A stretch of DNA of 62,184 bases, filler included, from Deltaproteobacteria bacterium (GCA_030698575.1; 8 parts of 8 records of this genome joined end to end with filler, not necessarily neighbours in it); one strand, 5' to 3'. Counted from the first letter of the whole stretch, positions 37,004 through 49,358 are shown. Translations and numbers: made by a program. The notes: a model not told the origin generated them from the sequence alone.

Positions 37004-37858
37004 TCAGGGCCGCGTGATCTCGAGCGAGAGATCCGCCGCCGGTGTCGAGTGTGTCAGAGCACCGACGGATATGAAATCAACCCCCGTCTCGGCCACGCTG
37101 CGCACGGTCTCGAGGGTCACGCCGCCGGAAGCCTCGAGCTGTGCGCGGCCGGCGGTCACCGCCACGGCCTCGCGCAATGCATCGAGTCCCATGTTGTCCA
37201 GCAGCACCCGTTTCGCGCCGGCGTCGAGCGCCTCGTGCAGCGCGGATATCGACTCCACCTCGACCTCCACAGGCAGTTTCCGGCAGGCTTCCCACGCTCG
37301 ATCGAGGGCCTTGGCAACCCCGCCTGCCGCCCGGATGTGGTTGTCCTTGATCAGTATCGCGTCGTGAAGCCCCATCCGGTGGTTCGTCCCGCCGCCGCAA
37401 CGAACGGCGTACTTCTCCATTGCGCGCCATCCGGGAGTCGTCTTCCGGGTGTCGAGAATGCGCGCCCGCGTGCCCGCAACAGACTCGACGAACCGGGCCG
37501 TCTCGGTCGCTATCCCCGAGAGGCGCTGCAGGAAGTTCAGCGCCGTGCGTTCGGCCGCGAGGATTGCGCGCAGAGTGCCATCCACGATCAGGACGAGGTC
37601 GCCGGCGCCCAGACGATCACCGTCGGCGGCCCGTTCCACGAAGGCGATGCCGGGGTCGAGCGCGCGGAAGGTCCGCCGGGCCGCCTCGAGCCCGGCCAGG
37701 ACAATCGGCGCCTTCGCCCGGATCTCGGCAGCGCCTGTCGCATCCTGATCGATGATTGCCTCGCTCGTCGCATCAGAGGGCGGGCGCCCGAGATCTTCGG
37801 CCAGCGCCTCCGTGATGAGCCGGTCGAGCGACCCCCAGGGGTCGCCTCCCATTGTCAT
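37004..37858 (-). CDS. nadC: nicotinate-nucleotide pyrophosphorylase
   Basis: ERTALNFLQ, DTRKTTPG, HRMGL, IKDNH, EASGG. Confidence 0.95.
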   Translation of the reverse strand: MTMGGDPWGSLDRLITEALAEDLGRPPSDATSEAIIDQDATGAAEIRAKAPIVLAGLEAARRTFRALDPGIAFVERAADGDRLGAGDLVLIVDGTLRAILAAERTALNFLQRLSGIATETARFVESVAGTRARILDTRKTTPGWRAMEKYAVRCGGGTNHRMGLHDAILIKDNHIRAAGGVAKALDRAWEACRKLPVEVEVESISALHEALDAGAKRVLLDNMGLDALREAVAVTAGRAQLEASGGVTLETVRSVAETGVDFISVGALTHSTPAADLSLEITRP

Positions 37859-40638
37859 GAGCCGGCTCCTCCGTTGCGAATCTTGGCCAGCCCCTCCTCG
37901 AGCTTCGCGCGCGTTTCGAGGGCCGCGGCGTGGCGGCCGCGCGCCTCCGCAACGACCTCGCGCGGCGCGCGATCGACGAACGCCGGGTTCTCGAGTTTCT
38001 TCTCCAGCGCCGCGATCTCGGGTTGCAGCTTGGCCAGCGATTTTTCCAGACGCTGTGCCTCCCCCGCGCGGTCGGCCTCCGGCAGCGCCACGTGCACCTC
38101 GATCTTGCCGGCGACCGCCATCGACGAAACGGAGGGGCGCCGGTCCAAACCGCCGAAGGTGATTTTTTCAGCCCCCCCCAGGCGGCTGATGTGCTCCTCG
38201 CCCTTCTTCAACGGGGCCAGCGCGGCGTCGTCGTCGGAGAGCAGGAAGACCTCCACCCGCTTGCCCGGTGGCACGCCCATCTCCCCGCGAACATTGCGGA
38301 TGCGCGTGATGGCCTCGATGATGGCGTCGAGCTGCGCAACCTCTTCGTCGCCGGCGTAAGCGTCGAAGGGAGCGGGGTAGGGCGCCACAGCCACGTGTTC
38401 GGGCTCTCCGCCTGCCCGGGGCAGGGCGCTCCACAGCTCCTCGGTTACGAAAGGCATGACCGGGTGGAGCGCCTTCAGGATCTCTTTCAGGACGTGCAGC
38501 AGGGTGTGCCGCGCACCCGCGCGCCGCTCCGGATCGGCCAGCGCGGGCTTGGCCAGCTCGATGTACCAGTCGCAGTAGACGTTCCAGATGAACTGGTAAA
38601 GGGCGAGGGCGGCGTCGTTGAAGCGATAGCTCGAGAATCCCGCATCGACCTCGCCGAGCGCAATGCCGAGGTGGCGGAGCACCCAGCGATCAGCCGGCGC
38701 GAGATCGGCCGGGGCGGGCGCCTCGGGGTCGTGATCCTCCAGGTTCATCAGCGCGAAGCGCGCCGCGTTCCAGATCTTGTTGACGAAGTTGCGGTAGCCC
38801 TCGATGCGCTTCTCGCTGATGCGGATGTCGCGCCCCTGGGCTGCCAGCGCCGTCAGCGTGAACCGGAAGGCGTCGGCGCCGAACTGCTTCGAGATGACCA
38901 GGGGATCGATCACGTTCCCCTTGGATTTGCTCATCTTCTCGCCGGTCTCGGTCCGGACCAGGGCGTGGATGTAGACGTCACGGAAGGGCACGTCATCCCG
39001 GAAACGAAGCCCCATCATCATCATGCGGGCGACCCAGAAGAAGATGATGTCGAAGCTGGTGACCAGCGCGCCCGTCGGGTACCAGGCGCGAAGCTCCGGC
39101 GTCTCCTCCGGCCACCCCATTGTCGAGAAGGGCCAGAGCGCGGAACTGAACCAGGTGTCGAGGACGTCGGGATCCTGAACGAGATTCCCCTGGCCGCACC
39201 GCGGGCAGCGCCCGGGATCCTCGGCGGCCACGATCGGTTTGGCGGCGAGATCGATGCGATCCGATCTGAGTTCCACGCCCTCCTCGTTCTGGATGGCGTC
39301 GCGATCGCAGTCGAGGCAGTACCAGGCTGGAATGCGATGACCCCACCAGAGCTGGCGCGAGACGCACCAGTCGCGGATGTTCCGCATCCATTCGAAGTAG
39401 GTGTTTTCCCAGTGGCGGGGATGGAAGGTCGTGCGCCCTTCCTCCACGGCCGTGATGGCGGGCCGCGCCAGGCTTTCGACCGCCACAAACCACTGCGGCG
39501 AGAGGAACGGTTCGATGACCGTGTGGCAGCGATAGCAGGTGCCGACGGCGTGGGCGTGGGGATCGACGCGCTCGAGGAGCCCGTCTTCTTCGAGCATGCT
39601 GACGACGCGCTTCCTTGCCTCCTCGCGCGAGAGCCCGACAAGGGCGGCGGACCGGGCGTTCTCGATCGGCCGGCCCTCGGCGTCCACGAGGAACGCGTCG
39701 TTGATACGTCCGCTAACCGTCAGGATCGAGAGGGCGGGCAGCCCGTGGCGCTTGCCGACTTGGAAGTCGTTCGGATCGTGACCCGGAGTGATCTTGAGCG
39801 CTCCCGTGCCCATTTCGCGGTCGACATACTCATCGGAGATGATGGGAATGGAACGCCCGACGAGCGGAAGGACCACCCGCTTGCCGACGTACGCGCCATA
39901 GCGCGGATCCTCGGGATGCACAGCGACCGCCACGTCGCCGAGCATCGTCTCGGGCCGGGTGGTGGCCACTGTCACGTGCCCCTTCCCGTCCTCGAGGGGG
40001 TAACGGATGAGCCACAGGTGGCCCCGGGTGTCGCGGTGTTCGACCTCGATGTCCGAGAGCGCGGTATGGCAGCGCACGCACCAGTTCACGAGCTGGCTGG
40101 CGGCGCGATAGATGAGGCCGTCGGCATAAAGCCGCGCGAAGACCTCGCGGACCGCGCGGGAGAGCCCCTCGTCCATGGTGAAGCGCTCGCGCGACCAGTC
40201 GCATGATGCGCCGAGCTCCTTCAGCTGCTCTATGATCCGCCCGCCCGACTTCCGCTTCCACTCCCAGACTCGCTCGACGAACTTCTCCCTGCCGAGCGTC
40301 TCGCGGTTAATCCCCTCGGCCGCAAGCTGTCGCTCCACCACGTTCTGGGTGGCGATGCCCGCGTGATCGGTTCCCGGGATCCAGACGACGTTCCTGCCCT
40401 GCATCCGCCGCCAGCGGACGAGGACGTCCTGGAGGGTGTTGTTGAGGGCATGGCCGATGTGGAGAGAGCCGGTGACGTTGGGGGGCGGGATGACGATGGA
40501 GAAGGGCTCGCCTTCCCTGGAGGGATCGCCGCGGAAGTAGCCCTTCTCCTCCCAGACGGCGTACCACCGCCCCTCGGCTTCCGCGGGGGCGTATTGCTTG
40601 GGGAGTTGGCGCGGGGTGTCCGTCACGCGCTGGCTCAA
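37855..40638 (-). CDS. valS: valine-tRNA ligase
   Basis: PPPNVTGSLHIGH, DHAGIATQ, DWCVSRQLWWGH, KMSKS, C-terminal coiled coil. Confidence 0.97.
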   Translation of the reverse strand: MSQRVTDTPRQLPKQYAPAEAEGRWYAVWEEKGYFRGDPSREGEPFSIVIPPPNVTGSLHIGHALNNTLQDVLVRWRRMQGRNVVWIPGTDHAGIATQNVVERQLAAEGINRETLGREKFVERVWEWKRKSGGRIIEQLKELGASCDWSRERFTMDEGLSRAVREVFARLYADGLIYRAASQLVNWCVRCHTALSDIEVEHRDTRGHLWLIRYPLEDGKGHVTVATTRPETMLGDVAVAVHPEDPRYGAYVGKRVVLPLVGRSIPIISDEYVDREMGTGALKITPGHDPNDFQVGKRHGLPALSILTVSGRINDAFLVDAEGRPIENARSAALVGLSREEARKRVVSMLEEDGLLERVDPHAHAVGTCYRCHTVIEPFLSPQWFVAVESLARPAITAVEEGRTTFHPRHWENTYFEWMRNIRDWCVSRQLWWGHRIPAWYCLDCDRDAIQNEEGVELRSDRIDLAAKPIVAAEDPGRCPRCGQGNLVQDPDVLDTWFSSALWPFSTMGWPEETPELRAWYPTGALVTSFDIIFFWVARMMMMGLRFRDDVPFRDVYIHALVRTETGEKMSKSKGNVIDPLVISKQFGADAFRFTLTALAAQGRDIRISEKRIEGYRNFVNKIWNAARFALMNLEDHDPEAPAPADLAPADRWVLRHLGIALGEVDAGFSSYRFNDAALALYQFIWNVYCDWYIELAKPALADPERRAGARHTLLHVLKEILKALHPVMPFVTEELWSALPRAGGEPEHVAVAPYPAPFDAYAGDEEVAQLDAIIEAITRIRNVRGEMGVPPGKRVEVFLLSDDDAALAPLKKGEEHISRLGGAEKITFGGLDRRPSVSSMAVAGKIEVHVALPEADRAGEAQRLEKSLAKLQPEIAALEKKLENPAFVDRAPREVVAEARGRHAAALETRAKLEEGLAKIRNGGAGS

Positions 40639-40960
40639 GAGAGCGCCCCCCGTTCACCCGGCGTGGGCCTCTCGCGGGAAAGGGATGGCGCCATGCCTGA
40701 TCCTTTCAAGCGTGTGTCGAGCGCGTGCGCCTCCCGGACGTGTGGCGAACCGGGTGACGGAGCCCCGCCGCGGCGGCGAAGCATGCGCGCCCGAGGGCCC
40801 GGTGAGGCGGGAACGCATTGAAACTCGGACGGTTTTTCGATGTACCGGGAGTATACCGAAACCCCTCTCGCCTTTTCAAGGCAAGGCCGCGCAGCGCATG
40901 CTGCGGGCGTGAGCGGGGCAGGTTTGCCTGGGCCGGGGGCCTGGGTCAGAGGCGCGTGCC

Positions 40961-42406
40961 TTACTTGTCTTCGTCTTTCAGTTTGCGAATCTCTTCCTTG
41001 ATGATGGTCTCGGCCATCTGGGGAATGACCTCCCAGGCGATCTTCTCGACCTTCTCCTGCACGGCTCGCACCACGGTCTCGGAGAGATCGCTGAAGGCTT
41101 CCCAGGTGACTTTCTCGACGGCGTCCCTGACGGCCTCGCGCACGATGTCCGCCGACTTTTCGCTGGACAGTCCGGCGAGGGGCGCCTCCGGCTCGGTCAC
41201 AGCCTGGGGCGGCACGGCGCCTTGCGGCACGGCGGCGAAGTCCTCATCCTCCGGGATCTCTTCGAGGGTCAGCTCGTCGAGCATGCCTCCGCCTTCCAGA
41301 ATCTCGCGGCCGATTTCGCCGCCGCCGCCGGAAGCCTTCGGCTCGGGTGTGTCGAGGTCCAGGATCGATGAATCAAAGCTCGCAGCTTCATCGGCTGGCG
41401 ACAGATCGAACTCGTCGAACTCGTTTTCGCCGACGATCTCGGTCGGGTTCTCGCTGGTCTCGATGCCCGCCGCTGCCCCATCGTTCGCCGTCGCCCGGTC
41501 GATGGGCTCGTCGAATGGTTCTGGCGACGCTTCCAGAAGAGTCGACGCCTCCGTCAGGGGGCTTTCGTTCTCCATGTCGAGATTCGTGCTCTCGACGATG
41601 TCGATCGCCTCCGCGGCCGCCTCGTTCCACAGGGTCTCGGGCTCGTCCGCCGAAGCACCAGCCTCGTCATCGCCGGTCGACGCTTCCTCGACGGCCTCGA
41701 AGTCGGATAGATCCCATACGTCCTCGTCCTGCGGCAGAGCGCTGGCCGGGGGCGCCTGCGCGTCCTCTTCCTGCACATCCTCTTCAGGGGCGGCCAGCCA
41801 GTCCTCGCCGGCCCCTTCGCCGGCAGTCTGGGGAACATCCAGCCCCTGGCGATTGAGCGCGGTCTCGGGATCCCTGCTGAACTGGAACGCCTCGATCCTG
41901 AGATCAATATTGTCATCACCGCCGCCGATGCTCGCCTCGAAGGCCAGCGCCCCGGCTGTGTCAGGGGCGAGCGCGGCCTCGACGGACTGGGGCGGGGAGA
42001 TTGCGGGTGGAGCTTCGGCCGGTGCGGCCCTTTGGCAGGGGCGGTCGAGCAGTTCGCGCACCTGCCGGATAAGCGTCTGCGATTCGAAGGGTTTGGTGAT
42101 CGTTCCGTCGGCGCGCACCTGCGCGCAGCGATCGGCGTCGAACGGTTCGAAGGTGCCGGTCAGGAGCAGCACGGGCGTGTGACGAAGATCCGGATCAGTC
42201 TTGACGAACTCGCAGACCTCATAGCCGCTTCGTCCGGGCATGAGCACGTCGGCCAGGATCAGATCGGGACGGAGCTTCCGGGCGAGTGTGATCGCATCCT
42301 CGCCGTTGTCGACGAACGAAAGCTCGATATCCTCGTTCGCGAAGGTGAGTCCCACCACCTTCTGGATCGTCACGCTGTCGTCAGCCACGAGAACTTTTCG
42401 CGCCAT
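40961..42406 (-). CDS. romR: RomR-like polarity response regulator
   Basis: N-terminal receiver, long acidic linker, C-terminal EKIAWEVIPQMAETIIKEEI helix; adjacent to valS as in Myxococcus. Confidence 0.78.
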   Translation of the reverse strand: MARKVLVADDSVTIQKVVGLTFANEDIELSFVDNGEDAITLARKLRPDLILADVLMPGRSGYEVCEFVKTDPDLRHTPVLLLTGTFEPFDADRCAQVRADGTITKPFESQTLIRQVRELLDRPCQRAAPAEAPPAISPPQSVEAALAPDTAGALAFEASIGGGDDNIDLRIEAFQFSRDPETALNRQGLDVPQTAGEGAGEDWLAAPEEDVQEEDAQAPPASALPQDEDVWDLSDFEAVEEASTGDDEAGASADEPETLWNEAAAEAIDIVESTNLDMENESPLTEASTLLEASPEPFDEPIDRATANDGAAAGIETSENPTEIVGENEFDEFDLSPADEAASFDSSILDLDTPEPKASGGGGEIGREILEGGGMLDELTLEEIPEDEDFAAVPQGAVPPQAVTEPEAPLAGLSSEKSADIVREAVRDAVEKVTWEAFSDLSETVVRAVQEKVEKIAWEVIPQMAETIIKEEIRKLKDEDK

Positions 42407-42873
42407 GGTCTCTCCCGTCATGCGCCCGACGCCTGCTCTACGAATTTAACGCAGTTGCGCTATCGGAGAACCTTCGGTCGTCGGCCGGCGGCTCCAGGCC
42501 CCGAGCGGGGGAACGGGGGAGGAGCGGATAATCCATTCTAGTCAAACAGGTCAAATGAAACGCGGATCGGCCTCCGGGGCCCTCCGTCAGCGGGTCCCCG
42601 AGGGGAGGCCCATTGTGCCGGTGGCGGGGGTGCCCCCTGCAGCTTGCTTATCGTCCTTCAGCGCGTGAGGATTGAGTTTTTCTTCCGCGGGGGCAGGGCC
42701 GCCCGGATGGGCCGATGGAACCGTGCTAGCACGCTGAATTTTCGGCTGTCAAGCTGTCGGCCTGAGCGGCATGCCTTGATCCCGGCGCGGCCGTCGCCGG
42801 GCCAGGAAGAGGCCAAAAAGAGGCTGAAGCACAGGGATTTTCGCCCGCAAGGGCCCCCCACCGGGGAACGAGG

Positions 42874-43134
42874 ATGGAGCGTTTCGTCGACATCTACACG
42901 GCAGCAGAGTCCTGGGCGGCCCCGCTCGTCCGGGACTATCTGGCCCAGTTCGGCATCGACGCCCTCGTCCGAAGCAACGTGGTGAGCGTCTACCCCATGG
43001 CAATCGGGCCGCTTTCAGGATTCCGGGTCGGCGTGCGGGCGAACGACATGCGTGCAGCTGTCAGGCTGCTCGAACAAGCCATTTGCGACGGCGTGATTCC
43101 GGGCGAAGTTATCGCCCAGGGAGAGGATTCCTGA
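42874..43134 (+). CDS. DUF2007-like small protein
   Basis: IYTA...LAQFGIDALV...VGVRANDMRAAVRLL; GAGG RBS. Confidence 0.65.
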   Translation: MERFVDIYTAAESWAAPLVRDYLAQFGIDALVRSNVVSVYPMAIGPLSGFRVGVRANDMRAAVRLLEQAICDGVIPGEVIAQGEDS

Positions 43135-43145
43135 GGAGCGGCCGG

Positions 43146-43487
43146 TCAGATGTCCCGCAGAAGGCCCTTGCGAATCATCCGCTCGGCGATTTCCTCGGGG
43201 TCGGGGTGATACCGCCCCTCAGCGATGATCTGGCGGTAGTGCGCGACCAGGTCCTCGCGGACGTCGGGCGCGCTCCTCGCCGTTTCGCCGGCCCGCTTCT
43301 GAAGGCCTTTCTCGAAGGCGCCGTTGCCGTTGGCAGACCCGTTGGTGGGCCGTGCCTCGCCGGCGCCGGCAGATCCGAGGTGCCAGCCGTTTCCGTTCCC
43401 GCCGTTGGCCTTGCTCGGATGAGGTGTATGGGACGACGCTGGTTTCGGGGAATTTGGGCCCCGCCGTGGCTTGGATCGATGGCTCAT
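43146..43487 (-). CDS. flgM: anti-sigma-28 factor FlgM-like
   Basis: disordered N-term; C-term DVREDLV..YRQIIAEGRYHPDPEEIAERMI; directly downstream of fliA. Confidence 0.75.
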   Translation of the reverse strand: MSHRSKPRRGPNSPKPASSHTPHPSKANGGNGNGWHLGSAGAGEARPTNGSANGNGAFEKGLQKRAGETARSAPDVREDLVAHYRQIIAEGRYHPDPEEIAERMIRKGLLRDI

Positions 43488-43549
43488 TTCGTGGCTCCGT
43501 GTGTCGGCGGTCGACTATACGCCCCCCCGGGCGAAGACCGCCAATCCAG

Positions 43550-43577
43550 TCATCGGTGCGGTTGTAGCATGACTTGA
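43550..43577 (-). promoter_or_regulatory. putative sigma28 promoter for flgM
   Basis: minus TCAA-N16-ACCGATGA (consensus TAAA-N15/16-GCCGATAA). Confidence 0.5.
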
Positions 43578-43663
43578 ACGCAAAAAAAAGCCGGCCGCCG
43601 GGGGGGAATGCCCCCGGGCCGGACTGCGTCTTGAGCGATTTTTAGCAGGAAATCGGGCAGCCT

Positions 43664-44422
43664 CTACTTGTCGAGTGAGCTCTTGAGCTTTCCGCGCAGC
43701 CGGAGGATCGCCTTCGTGTGAATCTGGCAGACGCGCGACTCGGTGATGTCGAGGATCTTGCCGATCTCCTTCATGTTCAGCTCGTCGTAGTAGTAGAGCG
43801 AGATGACGAGCCTCTCTTTGTCGGGCAGCATCCCGATTGACTCTGCGACGATCTTCTTCATCTCCTCGACGTTGAGGGCCATCGCGGGGTCCTCTCCCGT
43901 CGTGTCCTCGAGGACGTCGATCAAGTTTTTCTTCTCGAGGTCGCTCGCGCTGCGCACCTCGTCCAGGTTCACTACGGAGATTCCGCGAACCTGGTTCAGC
44001 ATCTCGTGGAACTTCCTGATCTCGACTCCCATCTCGTCCGCCACTTCCTCGTCCGAGGCGGCTCTTCCGAGCCGTTGCTCCATGTTGCTGTAGGCAGCCT
44101 CCATCTTGCGGCTCTTCTGCCGGACGGAGCGGGGAACCCAGTCGAGGGAACGGAGTTGATCGAGAATGGCGCCCTTGATCCGGAACTCGGCGTAGGTCTT
44201 GAATTTGCAGTTCTTCTCGGGATTGTACTTCTCGATGGCATCCATGAGGCCGATGACGCCGGTGTTGATGAGATCATCGAGATCAACGTGCGATGGAAGG
44301 CGCTGGGCGATGCGGTTCACGATGTACTTGATGAGGGGGGCGTGCTCCATGATGAGCCGGTCTCGCGTGGTCTGGCTCATGCTCTCCGTCTCTGACCGGT
44401 GGCGCTTGGGCTCAGCGTTCAT
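43664..44422 (-). CDS. fliA: FliA/WhiG-family sigma factor (sigma28)
   Basis: DLINTGVIGL, FKTYAEFRIKGAILDQLRSLDWVPRSVR, ITESRVCQIH. Confidence 0.93.
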   Translation of the reverse strand: MNAEPKRHRSETESMSQTTRDRLIMEHAPLIKYIVNRIAQRLPSHVDLDDLINTGVIGLMDAIEKYNPEKNCKFKTYAEFRIKGAILDQLRSLDWVPRSVRQKSRKMEAAYSNMEQRLGRAASDEEVADEMGVEIRKFHEMLNQVRGISVVNLDEVRSASDLEKKNLIDVLEDTTGEDPAMALNVEEMKKIVAESIGMLPDKERLVISLYYYDELNMKEIGKILDITESRVCQIHTKAILRLRGKLKSSLDK

Positions 44423-44586
44423 CGTGTCTCTCCGAACCAGGATGCAGTGTTCGGCGCGAACGCCGAACTGGATTGCCGGACCGCGTCGTCCCGCTCTCGG
44501 GATTGCGGATGCCGTCCGGCGGAGCGGCTCCCCCCTCGGGGGGCGGCCTCTCCTGGGGGCCTTTGGGCGCGTGCGAAGGCGAAGGT

Positions 44587-44602
44587 TGCAATCGGTATGC
44601 CA
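44587..44602 (-). promoter_or_regulatory. sigma54 -24/-12 promoter upstream of fliA
   Basis: minus TGGCAT-ACCGA-TTGCA. Confidence 0.75.
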
Positions 44603-44792
44603 ATGAACGACGCGGGCTTACGGGCGGGCCGAATCAGGGAAACCCGGTTGCCGGGACCCGGCGGGAGCCACCCCGAATTTCCGTTTGATTACGGGATTGT
44701 TCCCCGCAGCGCGGTTGGTGAGTCCGGTTCCCGAACGGGAGACAGAGCGGCTGAAAAAATGACGGCGGGCGGCCCAGGGGACAACAATCTGT

Positions 44793-44806
44793 GTCATCGA
44801 ATTGAC
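44793..44806. promoter_or_regulatory. putative FleQ-type enhancer site
   Basis: GTCATCGAATTGAC (GTCA-N6-TGAC), about 190 bp upstream of the sigma54 promoter; a related GCTGAAAAAATGAC lies at ~44750. Confidence 0.5.
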
Positions 44807-45016
44807 GAATTTTGGCGCTGAGGTACGAGATTGTACCGAAATGACCTTTGGCGAGTTCAGCCTTGTACCGGGGAGCCCCGACGTGTTCCCGGAGCTGGGC
44901 CGTTCTCCCGTCTGCGGGATGAAATCCCGATCACGGGGTCGTAACCGGCTGGTGCAACCAGATGGGGTGCAGGGTCGGCGATCGCGGGGCGGAACCCCGG
45001 GCGGGAGCGAGCGACG

Positions 45017-46480
<1,464 letters not shown>

Positions 46481-46713
46481 GAACGACTCCCGGGGGCGAT
46501 GGATAGAGAGCACGGGCGCTTGAGGAAGCCCGAGTATAGGGGGGGGATCGCGCCAGATCAAGCAACCTGTCCTGAATCCGGGAAGTCGTTACGGCGGGCT
46601 CAAGGCGAGCCCCCGATCAGCCGAAAAACCCTCCAGGAAAAAGCTCCCGCGGAAACGCCCGGCCTGGCCGCCGGAGCCAGTTCTCGTTTGCCGGGAGCCG
46701 GGGCCATAAGGAC

Positions 46714-48129
46714 ATGATCAAGAAAAGCTCGACAAACGCGCCGCCCGATCGGGGGCGCTTGCTGATTTCCGGTGGAGAAGCGGCGTGGGCGAGCGCGCTC
46801 GCCGATGCGCTTTCCGCGGAAGGTCACCGGGTCATCCCTGGCGAGGGATCTGTCGACCTCTGCGACGCCGTGCGCGTGAAGAACCCCGACGTGATCATCT
46901 TATACGCCGGCAGCAAGGCTGCGGAGGGGCGCGCCCTCATCAGCGAGCTGCGGGCGCTTCAACCCGACCTGCAGATCGTTCTCGTCTCACCCTCCGATTC
47001 ACTCGGCAACGCCTTCGCCTGGGCGACGGCAGGCGTGATCGATTTCGTCGAGCCTTTCGCCGCACCCTCCGAATCTATCCTTTTGACCACCCGGCGGGCG
47101 GTCGAGCGGCGCTGGCTCCTCGGCCGGTTGCGCCAGCTCGACATTGAGTCCGGGGAAGGGGACGGGACAGGAGGTCTGGTCGGCACCTCGAACGCGATGC
47201 GCGAGATCCTGCGTCGCGTTGCGGAACTGGCCCGGACGAATGCCTACGTGCTGATCGAGGGCCAGGAGGGAACCGGCCGCGGGACGATGGCCAGGGCCAT
47301 GCACCTGGCCGGGCCGAGGCGGGACGAGCCGTTCATCCGCGTCCACTGCATCGAGATCCAGCCGTCGGGGGCCGCGGGAGCCGCGGCCGGGAACGGCGAG
47401 CGGTCCGGCGCGGGCGCAACGTCGATCGAGGACGTCTTCGCCCGGGCGGGCCGCGGAACCATCTTCTTCGAAGCGATCGACAGGCTGAGGGGGGACGCCC
47501 AGCGGGAGATGCTGGCCCGGCTCGAAGCCCAGGAGGAGGCGCTCATGCAGGGCGCCGGCGCACGAACCGAACAGCCCCGGATCATCGCGTCCACGAGCAA
47601 CGATCTCGATCTTCAGGTTCAGCAGGGGAAATTCGAGGGGGACCTGTACCGGCGGCTGAAGGCCGACTCGTTGAGACTCCCCCCGTTGCGGGATCGCCGC
47701 GAAGAGATCCCTGCGTTCGTTCGGCACTTCCTCCGCGGTTTCGGGACGGACGGGACGGACGCGAAGGGGATGGACAGGGCCGCGCTGAATCTGCTCTGCC
47801 GGTACGAATGGCCCGGCAATCTGCGAGAACTGGAGGACTGCTTGCGCTACGCCGTGGCGCTGACCGGTGGTGCGACGATCGGAACGGACGATCTGCCGGA
47901 GAAAATCGTGGAGTCATCTCGCCAGGAAGCACTCGGAGCGGGCGGCGGCTCACTCTCGCTGAAGGGCTGTGAAAAGCACACGATCGAACAGGCGCTCTCG
48001 CTGTGTGACGGTGACGTCATCGCGGCGGCCACCATGCTTGGGGTAGGCCGGAGCACCTTGTACAGAAAGATGAATTCACATGGCGTCCACCGCCGCGCGT
48101 TCCGGCGCGGACGGAGAACAGGCGCCTGA
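46714..48129 (+). CDS. degenerate sigma54-activator-like protein
   Basis: bEBP architecture (WPGNLREL, HTH GRSTLYRK), but Walker A is GQEGTGRG, there is no GAFTGA, and Walker B is FFEAID. Confidence 0.8.
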   Translation: MIKKSSTNAPPDRGRLLISGGEAAWASALADALSAEGHRVIPGEGSVDLCDAVRVKNPDVIILYAGSKAAEGRALISELRALQPDLQIVLVSPSDSLGNAFAWATAGVIDFVEPFAAPSESILLTTRRAVERRWLLGRLRQLDIESGEGDGTGGLVGTSNAMREILRRVAELARTNAYVLIEGQEGTGRGTMARAMHLAGPRRDEPFIRVHCIEIQPSGAAGAAAGNGERSGAGATSIEDVFARAGRGTIFFEAIDRLRGDAQREMLARLEAQEEALMQGAGARTEQPRIIASTSNDLDLQVQQGKFEGDLYRRLKADSLRLPPLRDRREEIPAFVRHFLRGFGTDGTDAKGMDRAALNLLCRYEWPGNLRELEDCLRYAVALTGGATIGTDDLPEKIVESSRQEALGAGGGSLSLKGCEKHTIEQALSLCDGDVIAAATMLGVGRSTLYRKMNSHGVHRRAFRRGRRTGA

Positions 48130-48173
48130 ACCGCCTCTGGGCATCCCGCTCTTCGGCGCCCCAAGGGGAACTC

Positions 48174-49258
48174 ATGAAGCCAGGTGTGCTGTTCGTCGAT
48201 GACGAACCGAACATCCTGAAGGCGATCCGCCGCCTGTTCAGGGGGGAGGACTTTGATCTCTATACGGCCGAGAGCGGCGCCGCAGCCCTCAAGCGAATGG
48301 AGGAAGGTGGCATCGAAGTCGTCGTGAGCGATCATCGGATGGCCGGCATGACTGGCGTGGATCTTCTCTCCACGATGAGGGAGAAGTGGCCGGAAGCCAT
48401 CCGCATACTCGTGACCGGAAATTCGGAAATGGCTATCGCGGTGGAAGCCATCAACCGGGGAGAGATATACCGGCTCATCACCAAACCCTGGAACGACGAC
48501 GAGATCCGTGCGACCGTCCGGGAGGCGCTCGACCTGTACGCGCTCAAGGGCGAGATCAAGCGCCTGAACCATCTCACTCATGAGCAGAACCTGCAGCTCA
48601 AGGACCTTCACCAGAATCTCGAAGCAAAAGTGGCGGAGCGGACCGAGGAACTGTCGAGAAGGAACGCCGAACTCGGCGTCGCCTACATCGGGACGCTGAA
48701 AGCCCTCATGAGCGCAATAGATGCCCATCACCAGTGCGCCGCCAATCATTCCGAGCGGGCGGCAATCTACACGGGGCTGATCGCCCGGCGCATGGGGCTG
48801 GAAGAGGCGCAGGTCAGGCGCCTGCACGTCGCCGGACTCCTCCACGACGTCGGCAAGATCGGGATCCGTGCAGAAATATTGAACAAAAGGGGGCCGCTCT
48901 CGGACGAGGAGAGGCGCGGGATGCAGCGCCACCCCGTGATTGCAGCGGACATGCTGGCGGGCGTGCCGTGGCTCCGGGACATCCTGGCGATGATTCGCAA
49001 CCACCATGAATGGTTCGACGGGGATCCGCGCGGTTATCCGGATAACCTGAAGGGAAGCGAGATCGACCTGGGCGCCCGGATCATCGGCGTGGCGGACGCG
49101 ATCGAAGCGATGGCGAACGACCGCCCCTTCCGGAGCGCCTACCCGCCCGATCGGGTGATCGCCGAGTTGCGGAGATGCGCCGGGACGCAGTTCGATCCGG
49201 AAGTCGTGGCCTGCGCGATCGCACTCCTGGAGGAAGGCGGCGAGGATTTCCTCCTCTC
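48174..49258 (+). CDS. response regulator with HD-GYP c-di-GMP phosphodiesterase domain (3' end at gap)
   Basis: VDDE...SDHRM receiver; LHDVGKIG, HHEWFDG..RGYP. Confidence 0.9.
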
Positions 49259-49358
49259 NNNNNNNNNNNNNNNNNNNNNNNNNNNNNNNNNNNNNNNNNN
49301 NNTTAATTAATTAANNNNNNNNNNNNNNNNNNNNNNNNNNNNNNNNNNNNNNNNNNNN

